Shown here: piece after piece, positions 14,437-24,817 of the stretch
How the letters are laid out: each line of letters begins with the position of its first letter
How positions within the stretch are numbered: position 1 is the first letter of the stretch
Source of the DNA: Candidatus Nanohaloarchaea archaeon
Lineage (GTDB): Archaea; Nanohalarchaeota; Nanosalinia; Nanosalinales; Nanosalinaceae
DNA: 25,625 bases
Reading direction: 5' to 3'
NCBI GenBank assembly: GCA_042217585.1
Contig: JBDGSJ010000017.1
Coordinates: 1-25,625, forward strand
Notes under the pieces: model-generated
Told to the model about the DNA's origin: nothing
The model's database searches: none
The model's input: the letters and a program-made list of their open reading frames with translations, nothing else
Program-made: the position numbers and the translations under genes

Positions 14437-17319
14437 ATGGTCCAGTTACCCGATGCCCGCGAGACAGCTGCCTTACTCTCGGCCCTGGCCCTTCTGGGCT
14501 CCATAATCATACTTGCAGGGTCCAGCACCGGCGACCGGTTGACCGGAAGAGCCGGGCCGGCTTCTCTTGAGTCAGGTCTGGGAGGGCAGAACCTCAGGGA
14601 TATCGCCCGGAGGGCGGCAGGTGCCGCGAACACCACTGCCGCAAGGGAACTCCTGAGGAAATACGGGCTGAAAACCCTGAGCTCCTCCAGCCTGAGGGAC
14701 GTGCTGAGCGGAAAAGCGCTGAGAGACCTGGCAAAACTGTTCGGACCGGGAAGCGGCCTCAAGACCGGCGACATCTCTCCCAGGATAGGACAGGCCGGGA
14801 TGAAGCCCTCGGGAGATCTCTCTGGAAGGATAGGAGCAGGCCTCACCTCTGCGAACAACGTCAGCCTCGGAGGCTCTCTGAACCTCTCGACGGAGAAGAT
14901 AATGACTGTCGAGGCCGAGAGACCTGCCTACTGGCGGCAGGGCTCCTACGTCAGCTACACGGGGAAGGGATGGACCCGGCCGGGCGAGAAGCGGCCCTAC
15001 TCCGAGCCGGTTGAGAACTCCTCGGGCGAGAAACTGGTCCAGACCTTCCACCTGAAGACCCGGATTAACTCTCTCGTTGCGGCGTGGAAGCCTCAGAGAG
15101 TCCGGAATGCGGGAGAACTGAAGCTGGCGGGGGACGCCAGGATAATCTCGGAGAAGGGCCTGGAACCAGGTGACAGCTACACGGCAGTCAGCAGGGTGGA
15201 GGACCGCTCCCCTGAGAAGCTGAGGGAGGCGGGAGAGGACTACCCGAGAAGAGTCCTGAGGTACACAGAACTCCCGGACTCGGTCCCGGAAAGGGTCTCC
15301 AGGAAAGCCGCCGAGGTGACCTCGGGTGCGGACAGCAACTACGACGAGGCGAAGATGGTCGAGAACTGGCTCGAATCGAACAAGGAGTACTCCCTGAAGG
15401 TGGACGCACCGAAGGAGGACTTCGTCGACACCTTCATCTTCGAGATGGAGAAAGGCTACTGCGCGTACTACGCCTCGGCGATGACAGTGATGCTGAGGAC
15501 CCAGGGGATACCGGCGAGGTACGTCACCGGGTACACCCCCGGGAAAAAGGTGAACGGAAAGTACGTGGTCCGGTCCATGAACGCGCACGCATGGGTCGAG
15601 GTCTACTTCCCGGGCGAGGGATGGGTCAGGTTCGACCCGACGCCCGCGGCAGAGAGACAGGCACAGGAGAATCAGGCCCTTGGCGGCCCGGGCGCTCAAC
15701 ACCCCGGCAACCGGACTGACCCCGGGAACCAGACAGACGGGCCGGAAAACCAGTCAGCCACCGGGAACGAGACTGAGAGCGGACCGGACATCTCGATAGA
15801 GGACGGTAGGCCGTCGGCAGGCGAGAAAGTGAAGATCCATGCCAGGGCCGGTGGAGAACCGGTCAGCACCCGGGTGGCGGTCGACGGAAGATACATAGGG
15901 AGGACCGGGGACCAGGGAACCATCCGGGCCTCTCTCCCCTTCAGAGACCGCGTGAAGATCTCACTCCCGGAGAGAGGATACAGCGAGGAGTTCGACCTCT
16001 ACTCGCGGATATCTATCACCCTGGAGCCACCAGCCGCCGGCAGGAACTCGAGGATACGAGCCGTGCTGGACGGCAGAGGGCTGGACAGGGCGTCGGTCAG
16101 GCTCGGAGGCGTGTACGAGGGCTCTACCGTGAACGGCTCTCTACGGGTCCAGCTCCCGTGGAGGAGATACGTCCAGGTATCGGTCTCTAAGGGTGAGCTC
16201 ACCAGGTCCGTGAACGCGAGCCTCGACGCGACACCCAGGATAGGACTCACCGGCGAGACCTTGCCCGGTCGAACGGTCGAGCTGAACGTGACCCACGCCG
16301 GAGAGCCTCTGGCAAATGCCTCAGTGAGTTTCAGCGGCGAGAAGATGCGGACAGGAGCAAACGGGACCGTGGACCTGGAGATGCCTTCTGAACCCGGGAA
16401 CTATACTATCGAGGTCAGGAAGAGAGGAGTTGCGGGTTCCATGGAGGTCAGAGTGGAGTCCCTGGACCTCAGGGTCGATCCGTACCTGCCAGTGGCCCTG
16501 CCGGGAAGGTCCGCGACCGTTACCGCCAGCATCGACGGCGAACCCCTGGAAAACGTTTCAGTGATGCTTGAAGGAGAGGAAATCGGTTCGACCGGCCCCA
16601 ATGGCACGCTGAGCACATCCCTGCCTTTCACCGGCTCTGCGACCTACACCGCGCGGACGCTGGGCCTGAGGGCGGAGAGGACCATCTCAGGGATGATGGT
16701 GAACCTGGCGGCCCTGGTGCTATCCGGAGTACTGATTCTCTCTGTATCAGGTTTCGTGGCCTACCGGAGGGGATACGGACCACGTGACCTGCTGTCGCTC
16801 CTGGCCAGTCCGGGAATGCTGGCATCCTACCTTTTCACCGGTCTCAGCTCCGTTTTCCTGGTGCTGACCGGAGGGATGGACTCCGTGGCCTCCTGGCTGC
16901 AGCGGGTGGCAGGGAAACTCGAGAGAGCCGTCAGACAGCTCGTGTCCAGGGGAAGGACCGATGTCGAGTTCCACCCCTTCAGGGCCGCCATGAAAAAGTT
17001 TGAAGGCGCAGTAGAACGGGTGCTCGCGCGTTACAGGACATTGATGAGTCTGCTCGGCACCGGCGGAGCGGGTTCAGGACCGCTGGACCTTGACCGGGCC
17101 TGGAATGTCCTGAAGGACGCGACGTCCCTGGAGAGGTTCACCGGCAGGACCCCGGGAGACGTCGAGAGACACGCCCTCGAGAAGGATATGCTTCCGGAGG
17201 AGCCCGTGAAGTACATAGCCGAGAACTTCCGCAGACAGAAGTACGGACCGGGCTCGGAGCCGGAGATAGAAAAACTTGAGGAGTACTCTGACGAACTCAG
17301 GGGTGAAGAGGAGGGATGA
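14437..17319 (+). CDS. Membrane transglutaminase-like protein (TgpA type) with Ig-like repeats and DUF4129-like C-terminus
   Basis: YWR...Y..Y.G.GW; Cys-His-Asp triad in GYCAYYAS, HAWVEVYFPG and FDPT; repeated G.T...G beta-sandwich units; TM helices; TPGD and QKYG near the C-terminus. Confidence 0.9.
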   Translation: MVQLPDARETAALLSALALLGSIIILAGSSTGDRLTGRAGPASLESGLGGQNLRDIARRAAGAANTTAARELLRKYGLKTLSSSSLRDVLSGKALRDLAKLFGPGSGLKTGDISPRIGQAGMKPSGDLSGRIGAGLTSANNVSLGGSLNLSTEKIMTVEAERPAYWRQGSYVSYTGKGWTRPGEKRPYSEPVENSSGEKLVQTFHLKTRINSLVAAWKPQRVRNAGELKLAGDARIISEKGLEPGDSYTAVSRVEDRSPEKLREAGEDYPRRVLRYTELPDSVPERVSRKAAEVTSGADSNYDEAKMVENWLESNKEYSLKVDAPKEDFVDTFIFEMEKGYCAYYASAMTVMLRTQGIPARYVTGYTPGKKVNGKYVVRSMNAHAWVEVYFPGEGWVRFDPTPAAERQAQENQALGGPGAQHPGNRTDPGNQTDGPENQSATGNETESGPDISIEDGRPSAGEKVKIHARAGGEPVSTRVAVDGRYIGRTGDQGTIRASLPFRDRVKISLPERGYSEEFDLYSRISITLEPPAAGRNSRIRAVLDGRGLDRASVRLGGVYEGSTVNGSLRVQLPWRRYVQVSVSKGELTRSVNASLDATPRIGLTGETLPGRTVELNVTHAGEPLANASVSFSGEKMRTGANGTVDLEMPSEPGNYTIEVRKRGVAGSMEVRVESLDLRVDPYLPVALPGRSATVTASIDGEPLENVSVMLEGEEIGSTGPNGTLSTSLPFTGSATYTARTLGLRAERTISGMMVNLAALVLSGVLILSVSGFVAYRRGYGPRDLLSLLASPGMLASYLFTGLSSVFLVLTGGMDSVASWLQRVAGKLERAVRQLVSRGRTDVEFHPFRAAMKKFEGAVERVLARYRTLMSLLGTGGAGSGPLDLDRAWNVLKDATSLERFTGRTPGDVERHALEKDMLPEEPVKYIAENFRRQKYGPGSEPEIEKLEEYSDELRGEEEG

Positions 17320-17864
17320 GGAAGCGCGACTTCATCTACCTCGTCCTGGGTCTGGGCCTTTTCGGCCTCGCCGCCACCACAGTCCTCGCCCCGGGAGCAG
17401 TGCTCCGGAAGCTACCTCTCATGGAAGCCCTATCCTCTGCCTCAGGACCGCTCTCGCTGGGCGTCCTCGCAGCCTCCAGCCTGGTGGTCCTCATGTACGC
17501 GCTGTGGAGCGCACGGCCATCGGAAACCGACCTGAAGAACCTGGACCCCGGGATACCTCCTGAGACACCGGAAGACGCCGGGGGAGAGTTCGTAGGAGAG
17601 AAAATCGACGAGATGATAGAGGCGGGAGACGAAGAGCACCTCAGGGAACGTTTCAGAGCGACGGCGAAGCAGTTAGCCGGCGAGGAAAGTTTGAGGGACG
17701 GATCATGGACCGGTTCAAGGATAGCAGCCTGCTTCGTGAACGCGGACCTTAAGTACCCGTTGCTGGAGCGGCTGAGGGAGTGGCTGGAGTCGGAGGACCA
17801 GACGCTGGAGCGCAGGACCCGAAAAACCGTCGAGGCGCTGGAGGAGGTGTACAGGGATGAGTGA
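17316..17864 (+). CDS. Conserved hypothetical 2-TM protein of the MoxR/DUF58 cluster
   Basis: ATGA overlap with the upstream gene, two TM helices, G.WT....AA.F and ERLREWL motifs. Confidence 0.8.
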   Translation: MRKRDFIYLVLGLGLFGLAATTVLAPGAVLRKLPLMEALSSASGPLSLGVLAASSLVVLMYALWSARPSETDLKNLDPGIPPETPEDAGGEFVGEKIDEMIEAGDEEHLRERFRATAKQLAGEESLRDGSWTGSRIAACFVNADLKYPLLERLREWLESEDQTLERRTRKTVEALEEVYRDE

Positions 17865-19170
17865 AGCTGTGAGGAACCGGAGCTGGAGGCCCGCTGTCCC
17901 ACTGATGCTGGTCCTGGCCGCGCTGGGCGTGGCGACAGGTTCGACGCCCCTGATCGTCGCGGCGGTTATACCTTTCACGTTCCTGGTCTACGGAGCTCTC
18001 TCGTCCCCGCCCTCGGGGGAGGACCTCGAGGTTTCACGGAGCCTGGAGACGGGCAAGCCCTCGCCGGGGCAGGAGATAGAGGTGACTCTCCGCCTCAGGA
18101 ACACTGGCGGGAGGACGATACCCGACGCCAGAGTTATAGACGGGGTCCCCGAGGACCTCGCCGTGGTGGACGGCTCGCCAAGGGGCTCAGTTGCGCTCAG
18201 GCCGGACGGAGAGACCGAGATAACTTACAGGGTGCTCGCGAAGCGCGGTGAACACTTCTTCGGGCCGGCGGAGGTCGAGCTGAGGAGTCTCAGCGGCGGC
18301 AGTTCCCGGACCTGCGAGAAAGATGTCTCCGGCGAGGAGGAGATGAACTGCTTCGTCGGGCTCCATGAGCTCCCGCTGAGAGACGAGACCGTGGAGTACA
18401 GCGGCGAGATATCCACGGCGGAGGGAGGCTCTGGGGTCGAGTTCCACTCGGTCCGTGAGTACCGTCCAGCGGACCCGCTGAACAGGATCGACTGGAACCA
18501 CCTGGCGAAGGACGACGAGCTGAACACTGTGAACTTCAGGGAACAGCACTCCGCCAGGATAGTCCTGCTGGTCGATGCGAGGGACGTCTCGGACCGCAGG
18601 CCGGTCGTCGGCCACCCAACAGGAACGGACCTTTCCGTGTACGCCGCGGAGCGGATGTTCGACGCGGTCCAGGAGACCCGGCACCAGGCAGGGGTAGCGG
18701 TCCTGGGCATGGAGGACCACGATTTCTCGGAGGACCAGGTCCACAGCGCGTACAGCGTGCCATGGGTGAAGCCCGGCGGTAGAAGTTCAAGAGAGAAGAC
18801 GGAGAACCTGCTCCAGGAGATCTACGGCGCTGAAAAGACCGGAGGCGGCTCTGGAGAGGAGTACGCCCAGGAGCTCTACGGGATGCTTCCCCCCGACTCA
18901 CAGGTCGTCCTGTTCTCCCCCCTGCTTGACGACGAGCTTATCGACACGGTCAAGGTCCTGAACTCGAACGGCCACAAGGTCACCGTCGTGAGCCCGGCCA
19001 TGGCAACGGGTGGCACCATCGGACAGGACCTCGAGTCGCTGGAGCGCGAACTCCGGCTCGACGACCTGAGGCGGTTCTCCCCGGTTATAGACTGGGACAT
19101 CGAAACCCCGCTACAGCTGACGGTCGTGCACGCACTGAAGACCGTCTTCAGGAGGGAGGTGTACCGGTGA
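17857..19170 (+). CDS. DUF58 (vWA-like) protein with N-terminal TM and Ig-like domain
   Basis: GSGVEFHSVREYRPADPLNRIDWNHLAK, VLLVDAR, FSPLLD. Confidence 0.92.
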   Translation: MSEAVRNRSWRPAVPLMLVLAALGVATGSTPLIVAAVIPFTFLVYGALSSPPSGEDLEVSRSLETGKPSPGQEIEVTLRLRNTGGRTIPDARVIDGVPEDLAVVDGSPRGSVALRPDGETEITYRVLAKRGEHFFGPAEVELRSLSGGSSRTCEKDVSGEEEMNCFVGLHELPLRDETVEYSGEISTAEGGSGVEFHSVREYRPADPLNRIDWNHLAKDDELNTVNFREQHSARIVLLVDARDVSDRRPVVGHPTGTDLSVYAAERMFDAVQETRHQAGVAVLGMEDHDFSEDQVHSAYSVPWVKPGGRSSREKTENLLQEIYGAEKTGGGSGEEYAQELYGMLPPDSQVVLFSPLLDDELIDTVKVLNSNGHKVTVVSPAMATGGTIGQDLESLERELRLDDLRRFSPVIDWDIETPLQLTVVHALKTVFRREVYR

Positions 19171-20675
19171 GCCGGCCCGGCGAACTCGGAGACTCGAACT
19201 GGAGGCCCTCGACCACAGGCTCCGTGATAGGGATCCTTGTAACAGCAGGGTTCCTCGCCGCTGTGACCGCGCTCTCCGGCATACAGTACTACGTCGCGGC
19301 CGCGGCCGCCGGCTCGGTGGTCCTCGCGGTGGCTGTCAGACTGGACGATCTCGACACGCTCAGCCAGCTGACCGACTTCCTCTCCGCCCTCCTGATGCTG
19401 CCGGCGAGCTTCGCCATCTTCAACGCCGCAACGGTCGTGAAACCCCTCTATCTCCTGGTGTCGCAGGGGTCTCTCGGCTACATACAGGCCGCCGGATACG
19501 TCCTGATAGTAGCGGGATCGGCGGTAGCCTCCTTCGGGGCCGCCGTCCTGAAATGGGACTCGGAGAGGAGGAAGAGCCAGGTCCAGAGAGCCGCGAGGAA
19601 GCAGATGAAGTTCCTGACCGCTCTGGGAGCTATACTCGCGGTCTTCCTGGTATCGCAGTACATAACGCAGAAGACCGTGCTTTCCTACGGAGTGAAAGCT
19701 ATGGAGTACGTGACAGGGACCGGAACGGAGTACGGCGGAGTCATCGCCGGCGCACTGCTGTTTGCCGCGTACTGGACCGGCAGACTGGCGTGGAGGAAGC
19801 TCCCGTTCAACGAGGCCGTGCCCAGAAGACATGAGGGGACTTACTCGAAACTCGCGACGGTCGAAAAATACTTCGCGTGGACCGTGGTACCCCTCACCGC
19901 CGGAGCTGTCGCCGCTTCGGACCTCACAACCCTCCCTGCGCAGTCCGCGAGATATGCTTCCCTGCTGTCACGTTCAGGTTCGAGGACCGGGCTTCTCCAG
20001 GCTGTCGCGGGGTTCGGCGGCCTCTACCTCGGTCTGAAGTTCCTGAAGTCGCTGAACGAGGAAACGAGGAGGAAGGTTATGGACCTTTCGCCCTACCTCC
20101 TGCTGGGTTCCGCGGCTGTCGCAGGTATAGTGTATGCTCCACAGTCCGCGGTCAACAGGTTGCTGGGCGTCTTACCGGGCGTGGTGGCCTCGGGGTACGA
20201 CGTGCTCGGCAGGGAGCTTTTCCTCGGTATGATCTCTGTCGCGGTCTACCTTCCGCCGGTGCTCTGGCTGGGATCTCTTTACTTCCTCGAGAAGCTGAGG
20301 TTCATGCCTTCCTCGTTCTCCGGGGCGTCGATGTCCGCGGCAGGGATATTCGTCGCCACTATGGGAGCGGGCGTGGCGGGGCTGAACACCGTGGTAGTGT
20401 TCGCCGGGACCGCCCTGACGCTCGTGGCATGGGAGACCGGAAGGCACTCGTCGGTACTGGGATCGCAGATAGGGAAGAAAGGGGTGAAGAGACAGAGCGA
20501 GCTGACCCACGACCTGGCGTCGCTCAGCGTCGGAGCGCTCGCGGTCGGAGCGGCGATCATGCTTACAAGGTTCTCAGGCGATATCTCCGGGCTCGTGAAC
20601 CTGGAGACGCCGGCGGCGGTCCTCGCGCTGGCAGCGGTGGCGTTGCTGGCGACCGTGCTGGAGAGGTCCGGTTAG
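19167..20675 (+). CDS. Polytopic membrane protein of the MoxR/DUF58 cluster
   Basis: GTGA overlap start, more than 12 hydrophobic segments, C-terminal AWE.G.H...LG.QIG......ELTH motif. Confidence 0.82.
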   Translation: MSRPGELGDSNWRPSTTGSVIGILVTAGFLAAVTALSGIQYYVAAAAAGSVVLAVAVRLDDLDTLSQLTDFLSALLMLPASFAIFNAATVVKPLYLLVSQGSLGYIQAAGYVLIVAGSAVASFGAAVLKWDSERRKSQVQRAARKQMKFLTALGAILAVFLVSQYITQKTVLSYGVKAMEYVTGTGTEYGGVIAGALLFAAYWTGRLAWRKLPFNEAVPRRHEGTYSKLATVEKYFAWTVVPLTAGAVAASDLTTLPAQSARYASLLSRSGSRTGLLQAVAGFGGLYLGLKFLKSLNEETRRKVMDLSPYLLLGSAAVAGIVYAPQSAVNRLLGVLPGVVASGYDVLGRELFLGMISVAVYLPPVLWLGSLYFLEKLRFMPSSFSGASMSAAGIFVATMGAGVAGLNTVVVFAGTALTLVAWETGRHSSVLGSQIGKKGVKRQSELTHDLASLSVGALAVGAAIMLTRFSGDISGLVNLETPAAVLALAAVALLATVLERSG

Positions 20676-21623
20676 TCAGACTTCCGGGACCTCGACGGAT
20701 TCGAGCACGTCCCTGACGACCTCGGAGTTCTCCACGTCCTTGACGTTCGCCTCCGCGGTCAGGACCAGCCGGTGCTGCATCACGGGCTCCGCGACCTGCT
20801 TCACGTCGTCCGGGGCGACGTAGCTCCTCCCGTTTATCAGCGCCCGGGCTCTCGAGGCCTCGAATATCCTCTGGACCCCTCTCGGCGAGACCCCCACGGA
20901 AACGCGCTCGTCCATCCGGGTCTGCCTCCCTATCTTGACGATGTAGTCCCTTATCTTCTCGTCGGTGCTGATCTTCTCCGCGACCCTCTGGACGGTCCGG
21001 ACCACACCCCTGTCGACCGCTTTCTCCGCCTGCGGCATCTGGCTGTCCCTGTCGGCCCTGCGGTCCAGCATCTTTTTCTCGCCGTCGTAGCTCGGGTAGC
21101 CCATCGAGGTCTTGACCATGAAACGGTCCCTCTGCGCCTCGGGAAGCGCGAACGTTCCCTCCTGTTCAATCGGGTTCTGCGTCGCGATCACGAAGAACGG
21201 CTCCGGGAGTTCCCGGGTCTCGTCACCCACTGTTACCTGTTTCTCTCCCATAGCCTCCAGCAGGGCGGCCTGGGTCTTCGGCGGCGCGCGGTTGATCTCG
21301 TCCGCCAGCACGATGTTCGAGAAGATCGGTCCCTCCCGGAACTCGAAGCTACCCTCCTGCTTGCTGTAGACATGCGTACCGGTGATGTCCGATGGAAGCA
21401 GGTCCGGCGTGAACTGTATCCTGTTGAAGGAGAGGTCCATCGACCTTGCGAGGCTTCTCGCCGTCAGCGTCTTTCCCGTGCCGGGGACGTCCTGTATCAG
21501 GACGTGGCCCTTCGCCACTATCCCGGTGAGGACAGTTTCAAGGAACTCCTCGTCGGCGATGACCGCGCCAGAAACAGATTCAAGTATATCCGAACAGCTC
21601 TGCGATGCCTCCTCAAGGTTCAT
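20676..21623 (-). CDS. moxR: MoxR-family AAA+ ATPase
   Basis: GHVLIQDVPGTGKT, RIQFTPDLLPSDITG, LADEINRAPPKTQAALLEAM, ATQNPIE.EGTF.LPEAQ.DRF. Confidence 0.96.
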   Translation of the reverse strand: MNLEEASQSCSDILESVSGAVIADEEFLETVLTGIVAKGHVLIQDVPGTGKTLTARSLARSMDLSFNRIQFTPDLLPSDITGTHVYSKQEGSFEFREGPIFSNIVLADEINRAPPKTQAALLEAMGEKQVTVGDETRELPEPFFVIATQNPIEQEGTFALPEAQRDRFMVKTSMGYPSYDGEKKMLDRRADRDSQMPQAEKAVDRGVVRTVQRVAEKISTDEKIRDYIVKIGRQTRMDERVSVGVSPRGVQRIFEASRARALINGRSYVAPDDVKQVAEPVMQHRLVLTAEANVKDVENSEVVRDVLESVEVPEV

Positions 21624-21656
21624 ACAGTTTATAGCTGGACGGAGGTTTAAAGAGAT

Positions 21657-22175
21657 TCAGTACTTCGGGCTTTTCTCCTCCACCCCGTCAAGATGGTTCT
21701 CGTGGCGCGCCATCAGGAAGAAGAGGTCGCTCAGCCTGTTGATGTACGCGAGGACCTGCTGTCTTAGCTGCTCGTGCTGGTCCAGCTCCACTATCCGTCT
21801 CTCCGCCCTCCTCGCCACGGACCGCGCGAGGTGGAGCTGTGAAGCCGCCTCCGTTCCACCGGCAAGCACGAAGCTCCTCAGCGGCGGGCACTCCTCCTGG
21901 TACTCGTCGCAGAGGTCCTCCAGCCGGTCCACGTTCTCTTCAGTGACCTTCGTGTCGGGGTTCCTGTTCGCGAGCTCCGCCTGGAGGATGTGGAGCTCAT
22001 TCTGGACCTCCTCCAGCTCGTCGTGCTTTCTCTCGCAGTGGGCCGCGGCCACACCGACCACCGAGTTGAGTTCGTCGACGGTTCCGTAAGCCTCTATCCT
22101 CTCCGAGCTCTTCGACACCCTTTCGCCCGACGAGAGGTCCGTCCTGCCGCGGTCGCCTTTCCCGGTGTATACCAT
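21657..22175 (-). CDS. pduO: PduO-type ATP:cob(I)alamin adenosyltransferase
   Basis: YTGKGD.G.T, AYGTVDELNS, RSVARRAER, YINRLSDLFF. Confidence 0.95.
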   Translation of the reverse strand: MVYTGKGDRGRTDLSSGERVSKSSERIEAYGTVDELNSVVGVAAAHCERKHDELEEVQNELHILQAELANRNPDTKVTEENVDRLEDLCDEYQEECPPLRSFVLAGGTEAASQLHLARSVARRAERRIVELDQHEQLRQQVLAYINRLSDLFFLMARHENHLDGVEEKSPKY

Positions 22176-22213
22176 GAGTCAGTCTTAACTCCCCGCGATA
22201 ATAATCTTTACCC

Positions 22214-22876
22214 ATGGACGGTCTGGATGAAGAGGAAAGGGAGGCCCTCAGGAGAAAGCTGAGAGAGGAGTTCCCCGAGCACGTCGAGGAGACTGGCGGA
22301 GAGAACTTCCGGATCGAGCACTCCCTCAGGGTCCACAGGTACGTCGTCAAGCTGATGCAGAGGGACGAGATACGGGAGCTGGGACCGGATGGACGAGTGG
22401 TCGAGGCGGCCGCGCTCCTCCACGACGTGGGCAAGGCGGAGGAGGTCGAGGAAGGCGTCATGAACTCCGATGGAGATCGCCACGCCCGGGAGGGCGCACC
22501 GAGGGCCGGCGAGCTGGCTTCCGGAATCCTTGACCGGGCCGGGATAGAGCTCCTGGAGCAGGTGGTCAGGAACCACCACTCGGAGCCGGAGACCGTCGAG
22601 GGAAAGGTACTGCAGGACGCCGACGAGCTGGGGAAGTTCGGGGTCCTCGACGTCTGGCGGATGGTTACCTACGCATCCGAACACGGCGAGACCTTCCAGG
22701 ATGTCAGAGACTACTTCTGGGACCACTACGTGGGGAAGAAAGAGGAGATGATCGAGGACCTCGAGTTCGAATGCTCCAGGGAGGTCGCGCGGCAGAGACT
22801 GGACCGCTACCGGGAACTCGTGGAGGAGATGGAACTGGAAAGAAGAGGAGAGGACATCCGGACAGGGGAAACTTAA
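22214..22876 (+). CDS. HD-domain phosphohydrolase
   Basis: HSLRV, AALLHDVGK, HAREGA, NHH, QDADELGKFG. Confidence 0.92.
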   Translation: MDGLDEEEREALRRKLREEFPEHVEETGGENFRIEHSLRVHRYVVKLMQRDEIRELGPDGRVVEAAALLHDVGKAEEVEEGVMNSDGDRHAREGAPRAGELASGILDRAGIELLEQVVRNHHSEPETVEGKVLQDADELGKFGVLDVWRMVTYASEHGETFQDVRDYFWDHYVGKKEEMIEDLEFECSREVARQRLDRYRELVEEMELERRGEDIRTGET

Positions 22877-22904
22877 ACGCCGCGGCGAAAGGGAAGGTGA
22901 GAGG

Positions 22905-23537
22905 ATGACAAGGACCCCGGTATTCGACATAGGTGACACCCTTCTGCCCTCTGAGAGGATGATACGGGAAACGGTGGAGGAAGCTCTGAGAGACGAGGGG
23001 TACGATGAGATCCCGGATTTCGACATCCACGATTACAATATCTACCGTCCGGAAGAGGTCCGGAAATGGCTGGAGGAACACGGATTCGACTCCAGCGCCA
23101 GGGAGATCACCCGGGAGTACCTGGACCGGAAGCAGGACTTCCTGGTCGAGAACGGGGTCATCGAGGTCCTGAAGCGGTGCGGCGAGGAGTTCGGACCCAT
23201 CGGTTTCATCAGCGACAACGCAGTCGAGGCGAAGGAGTTCTACACCGATCTTCTGGACCGCCAGGGAGTGGATTACAGGGGATTCGTTGTCTCCGCGGAG
23301 GTCGGCGCGAAGAAACCCGACGAGAGGATATTCCGGGCCTTCCTCGATGAGAGGGATGCGGCCGGGGAGGAGTTCGTCTACTTCGGCAACCACCCGGAAA
23401 GGGACGCAGCCTGTCAGGAAGTAGGGATGGAGTTCGTATGGGTCACACGGTACGAGACCTTCACCGGGAGCTACGACGGACCCAGAACCGAAAACCTTGA
23501 ATACAGCACCGTGGAGAGGTTTGTGAGTGAAAAGTAA
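22905..23537 (+). CDS. HAD-superfamily hydrolase (subfamily IA-like)
   Basis: VFDIGDTLL, ISDN, SAEVGAKKPDERIF, YFGNHPERD. Confidence 0.9.
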   Translation: MTRTPVFDIGDTLLPSERMIRETVEEALRDEGYDEIPDFDIHDYNIYRPEEVRKWLEEHGFDSSAREITREYLDRKQDFLVENGVIEVLKRCGEEFGPIGFISDNAVEAKEFYTDLLDRQGVDYRGFVVSAEVGAKKPDERIFRAFLDERDAAGEEFVYFGNHPERDAACQEVGMEFVWVTRYETFTGSYDGPRTENLEYSTVERFVSEK

Positions 23538-23561
23538 TAAAAGAGTGCTGGACCTTCCTGT

Positions 23562-24422
23562 ATGTGTAAGATGATAGCGGACCGCCTGAGCGAGGAGCCA
23601 TCGCTGGCAGAACTGGACGACCTCCTGGAGTCGGACACGGAGTACACAGAGCTCACCGAGGGAACGGAGTCCGACTTCGTGCTGAGGAAGGACGAGGAGA
23701 TACAGCCCCTCAGGGTCCGCGCCGAGCACCCCGAAAAGGACGAATCCGTGGAGCTGGAGAAGCCGGTCCTGACCCAGCCCATAGCCGCCGAACACGCCGA
23801 GAGACGGAACAGGGCGGCGAACTACGACGGGGACGTCGATACGGACCGTGGCGGGAACTGGAGGAAGGTGAGAGCCGAACTCAGGGACCGGAGCTACGTT
23901 CTCAGGGAGAGGGACTCCGGCGAGGTCGACCTCGAGTACTTCATGGACCTCGGCGGCAGAGACATCGAAAGACCGCGGCACTACGTCAGCAAGCGGCCGT
24001 GGAAGGACGAGATGGTGACGATGATGCAGAGGGTCGAGACCTGTTACCGTGCCGCAGTCGAGGCGGTGGAACACGAGCTCCCCGGCGCGGCGAGGTCCGA
24101 GGACCGGCCCGGCGACACCGAGCTCGAGGCTCTGGCCGCAGAGATGGAGGCTCTCGGGGGCGACATAGACACCATCGCGGAGAACTACTACTCCGGCGAG
24201 ATAGAGAGCTCGAACATACTTTCGCCGCTGACCGACAGGGTGGGAAAGAGGCCGGACCGGGACCCGGAGTTCGCGTTCGACGACGATCCCGAGGAGCGGG
24301 ACGGCCGGAACCAGGAGTACATGAAGCTGTACCTGAAGACCGTGGGAGAGCTCGCGGAGGGGCTTTACACCCCTGAGAACGTGCGCAGGGCCGCTGACGA
24401 GGACATGTACTGGCGCGGCTAA
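23562..24422 (+). CDS. Acidic hypothetical protein
   Basis: 286-codon ORF with host-like codon usage and no recognised motif. The start may instead be the ATG at 23571. Confidence 0.8.
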   Translation: MCKMIADRLSEEPSLAELDDLLESDTEYTELTEGTESDFVLRKDEEIQPLRVRAEHPEKDESVELEKPVLTQPIAAEHAERRNRAANYDGDVDTDRGGNWRKVRAELRDRSYVLRERDSGEVDLEYFMDLGGRDIERPRHYVSKRPWKDEMVTMMQRVETCYRAAVEAVEHELPGAARSEDRPGDTELEALAAEMEALGGDIDTIAENYYSGEIESSNILSPLTDRVGKRPDRDPEFAFDDDPEERDGRNQEYMKLYLKTVGELAEGLYTPENVRRAADEDMYWRG

Positions 24423-24466
24423 AGGCTTAATACGCTGGAACACTAATCTCCTTACAGGGGAGAAAG

Positions 24467-24781
24467 ATGGAGATGAAGGAGTTCGAATCCGAGCTGGGGA
24501 AGGTCGCTGTGACCGAGACCCGGCTGGAGAGGAAGCGTTCTGAGTCCGAGGAATGGGACCTCATAGAGAAGAACTTCGACGAGGACGACCTCCTGGACGG
24601 TATAGACTTCGACGAGATAGACGACATCGACTTCAGGAAGGGTTCCATGTACCCCTTCATAAAGGTGAAGCCGGAGGACGAGGACAGGTACAAGCGGATC
24701 TTCTTCAAATCGAAGGAGAAGGCAGAGGACGTTTTCCGCCTTCTCAGGTACCGCTGGCACGTTTTCAACCAGATTTACTGA
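24467..24781 (+). CDS. Small acidic hypothetical protein, possibly PH-like fold
   Basis: 104 aa with host-like codons; beta-strand pattern followed by a C-terminal helix. Confidence 0.75.
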   Translation: MEMKEFESELGKVAVTETRLERKRSESEEWDLIEKNFDEDDLLDGIDFDEIDDIDFRKGSMYPFIKVKPEDEDRYKRIFFKSKEKAEDVFRLLRYRWHVFNQIY

Positions 24782-24817
24782 GGTTTTAATACTCTCAGTC
24801 ACTAAACTTTAGATGTT

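Noticed and set aside
22704..24443. 579-aa minus-strand ORF, and similar long antisense ORFs such as 14572-15702, 18876-19832 and 20772-21650
   Set aside because: Shadow frames of well-supported genes, expected from GC-rich codon bias; no recognisable motifs.
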